In this document: piece by piece, positions 62,765 to 64,000 of the stretch
Position numbering within the stretch: the first letter of the stretch is position 1
How the letters are laid out: every line of letters begins with the position of its first letter
NCBI GenBank assembly: GCA_045545235.1
Contig: JAZQAN010000064.1
Location: 7,698-71,697 of the forward strand
From: Clostridia bacterium
GTDB taxonomy: Bacteria; Bacillota; Clostridia; Monoglobales; Firm-18
Direction: 5' to 3'
DNA length: 64,000 bases
Position numbers and translations under genes: made by a program
The notes under the pieces: model-generated
What the model was told of the DNA's origin: nothing
Databases searched by the model: none
What the model saw: only the letters and a program-made list of their open reading frames with translations

Positions 62765-64000
62765 ATGAAAAAAATTGTATCTTTATTACTAATTTTTATT
62801 TTAGTTTTTTCTCATATAACATACGCTGAATCATATGTTACTATGTATTCAATGGATGGACGTGAAATACGAGTTTTATCCGGAGAAATTAACGCATATA
62901 AAAAAGTTGGCTGGTACGAAAATAAAACTGATGTGGAAAAAGTGACAATGTACTCAATGGATGGACGAAAAATTAAAGTTGCCCGTATTGAAATTGATGC
63001 ATACAAAAAAGTTGGTTGGTATGAGCATTTAAACGATGTCACAATTAAAATGTATGCTATGGATGGACGTGAAAAATTAGTCTTCAAAGGAGAAGTTGAT
63101 GCATATAAAAAAGTTGGTTGGTATGATAATTTAAATGACGTTACAATTAAAATGTATGCTATGGACGGACGTGAAAAATTAGTCTTCAAAGGAGAAGTTG
63201 ATGCATATAAAAAAGTTGGTTGGTACGAAAATAAAATCGATGTAGAAAAAGTGACAATGTACTCGATGGATGGGCGAGAAATTAAAGTGGCTCGCATTGA
63301 AATTGATGCATACAAAAAAGTTGGTTGGTATGAGAATAAAGAAGATATATTAACCAACGTGTGTACAAAGGATGGTCGTAAAAAATCAATATTTAAAAAT
63401 GAATTAGCCGCCTATATAAAAGTAGGTTGGATACCGGAACAAAGTGATAAAATTGATGCATCAAAACCAATGGTTGCACTTACATTTGATGATGGTCCAA
63501 GAACAAAATCAACAAGTAGCATTTTAAAAACATTAGAACATTATAACGCTAAAGCTACGTTTTTTGTTGTAGGAAACCTTGCAGCCGGAAATGCCGGGTT
63601 ATTAAAAAAGATGGATTCCTTAGGTTGTCAGGTGGGTAATCATTCATACTCACATCCTAATCTTGCAACACTTTCGTCTTATAATGTATCGGTTCAGATA
63701 AATAAAACATCCAATATAATATTTAATGCAATAGGTAAATATCCAACTGTCATCAGACCACCATATGGTTCGTACAACAAAACAACACTTAATGCTGCTG
63801 CGAAACCATTCATATTATGGTCAATAGATACATTGGATTGGAAACATAAAAATGCATCTAAAATATATAATTCCATAATGTCCAATGTTCGCGATGGTGA
63901 TATTATTCTTATGCATGATTTATATGATTCAACTGCGACTGCGGTTGAAAGCATTGTACCTGCATTAATCCTTAAAGGATATCAATTAGTAACTATTGAT
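62765..64000 (+). CDS. Secreted polysaccharide deacetylase (NodB/CE4) with N-terminal tandem repeats; 3' end outside window; absent from ORF track
   Basis: Hand translation gives 412 codons with no stop. SD GGAGGT lies 5 nt upstream. Signal peptide MKKIVSLLLIFILVFSHITYA. Five to six repeats of MY[SA]MDGR..V......AYKKVGWY. NodB motifs LTFDDGP, GNHSYSHP, IRPPYGS, WSIDTLDW and ILMHD. Confidence 0.85.
   Translation, partial: MKKIVSLLLIFILVFSHITYAESYVTMYSMDGREIRVLSGEINAYKKVGWYENKTDVEKVTMYSMDGRKIKVARIEIDAYKKVGWYEHLNDVTIKMYAMDGREKLVFKGEVDAYKKVGWYDNLNDVTIKMYAMDGREKLVFKGEVDAYKKVGWYENKIDVEKVTMYSMDGREIKVARIEIDAYKKVGWYENKEDILTNVCTKDGRKKSIFKNELAAYIKVGWIPEQSDKIDASKPMVALTFDDGPRTKSTSSILKTLEHYNAKATFFVVGNLAAGNAGLLKKMDSLGCQVGNHSYSHPNLATLSSYNVSVQINKTSNIIFNAIGKYPTVIRPPYGSYNKTTLNAAAKPFILWSIDTLDWKHKNASKIYNSIMSNVRDGDIILMHDLYDSTATAVESIVPALILKGYQLVTID
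62843..63361 (+). repeat. Five in-frame tandem repeats of 102-105 nt (34-35 aa), plus a sixth degenerate copy to about 63460
   Basis: Repeat starts at 62843, 62948, 63050, 63152 and 63257 each begin ATGTA[TC]. Copies 3 and 4 differ at 2 of their first 75 nt. Confidence 0.9.

Noticed and set aside
62812-63357. 181-aa minus-strand ORF with repeated SYQPTFLYAS segments
   Set aside because: It is the antisense image of the plus-strand tandem repeats. It has no SD. The plus-strand frame has an SD, a signal peptide and a NodB domain, so the minus ORF is a shadow.
60696-64000. Integrated mobile element or prophage remnant at the tRNA-Ser locus
   Set aside because: I could find no integrase, recombinase, phage or transposase gene, and no direct repeat of the tRNA 3' end in the remaining 3.3 kb. 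Only the weaker 'accessory cassette' hypothesis is kept as a finding.

Overview
This is a low-GC, Clostridia-like (Firmicutes) chromosomal segment, and it is mostly core housekeeping. The order is: ABC-2/GldG/DUF4340 exporter tail, recJ, rel, an MBL hydrolase, a HemZ-like radical SAM enzyme, ptsH, uvrC, an S2P protease, scpAB, ytfI/ytfJ(gerW), GH29 fucosidase, yhbY, a clan GH-A glycosidase, a minus-strand LacI/TIM-barrel isomerase/Gfo-Idh-MocA operon, two unknown membrane proteins plus an ABM protein, mrp, PFOR (nifJ), mntP, an EF-G2-type paralog, GH2 lacZ, a YgjP-like peptidase, a minus-strand ligA-gatCAB block, ylmC, nrdR, a PHP phosphoesterase, murC, spoVG, addBA, a cell-envelope cluster (ireB, murJ, Wzy-like, GT4, 2x DUF4330, murT-gatD), DUF6062, ogg, prs, pth and two tRNA-Ser genes. 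It ends in a short accessory-looking tail: a hypothetical protein, a metallophosphoesterase and a repeat-bearing NodB deacetylase. Sporulation markers (ytfJ, ylmC, spoVG) suggest a spore-former lineage. I found no CRISPR array, transposase, integrase, toxin-antitoxin pair or recognisable defence system, and I cannot honestly point to a clear novel multi-gene system. The most notable items are: (1) a real 412-codon ORF missing from the ORF track (62765..64000) with near-identical tandem repeats fused to a NodB domain; (2) a tRNA-adjacent two-gene module of unknown function; (3) an EF-G2 paralog lacking the catalytic His; (4) small unlisted ORFs; (5) several candidate operators and leader structures (LacI operator, NrdR-box-like palindrome, and an mntP intergenic region without a recognisable Mn riboswitch). 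All family calls rest on motifs read by eye from the translations; no database searches were run.
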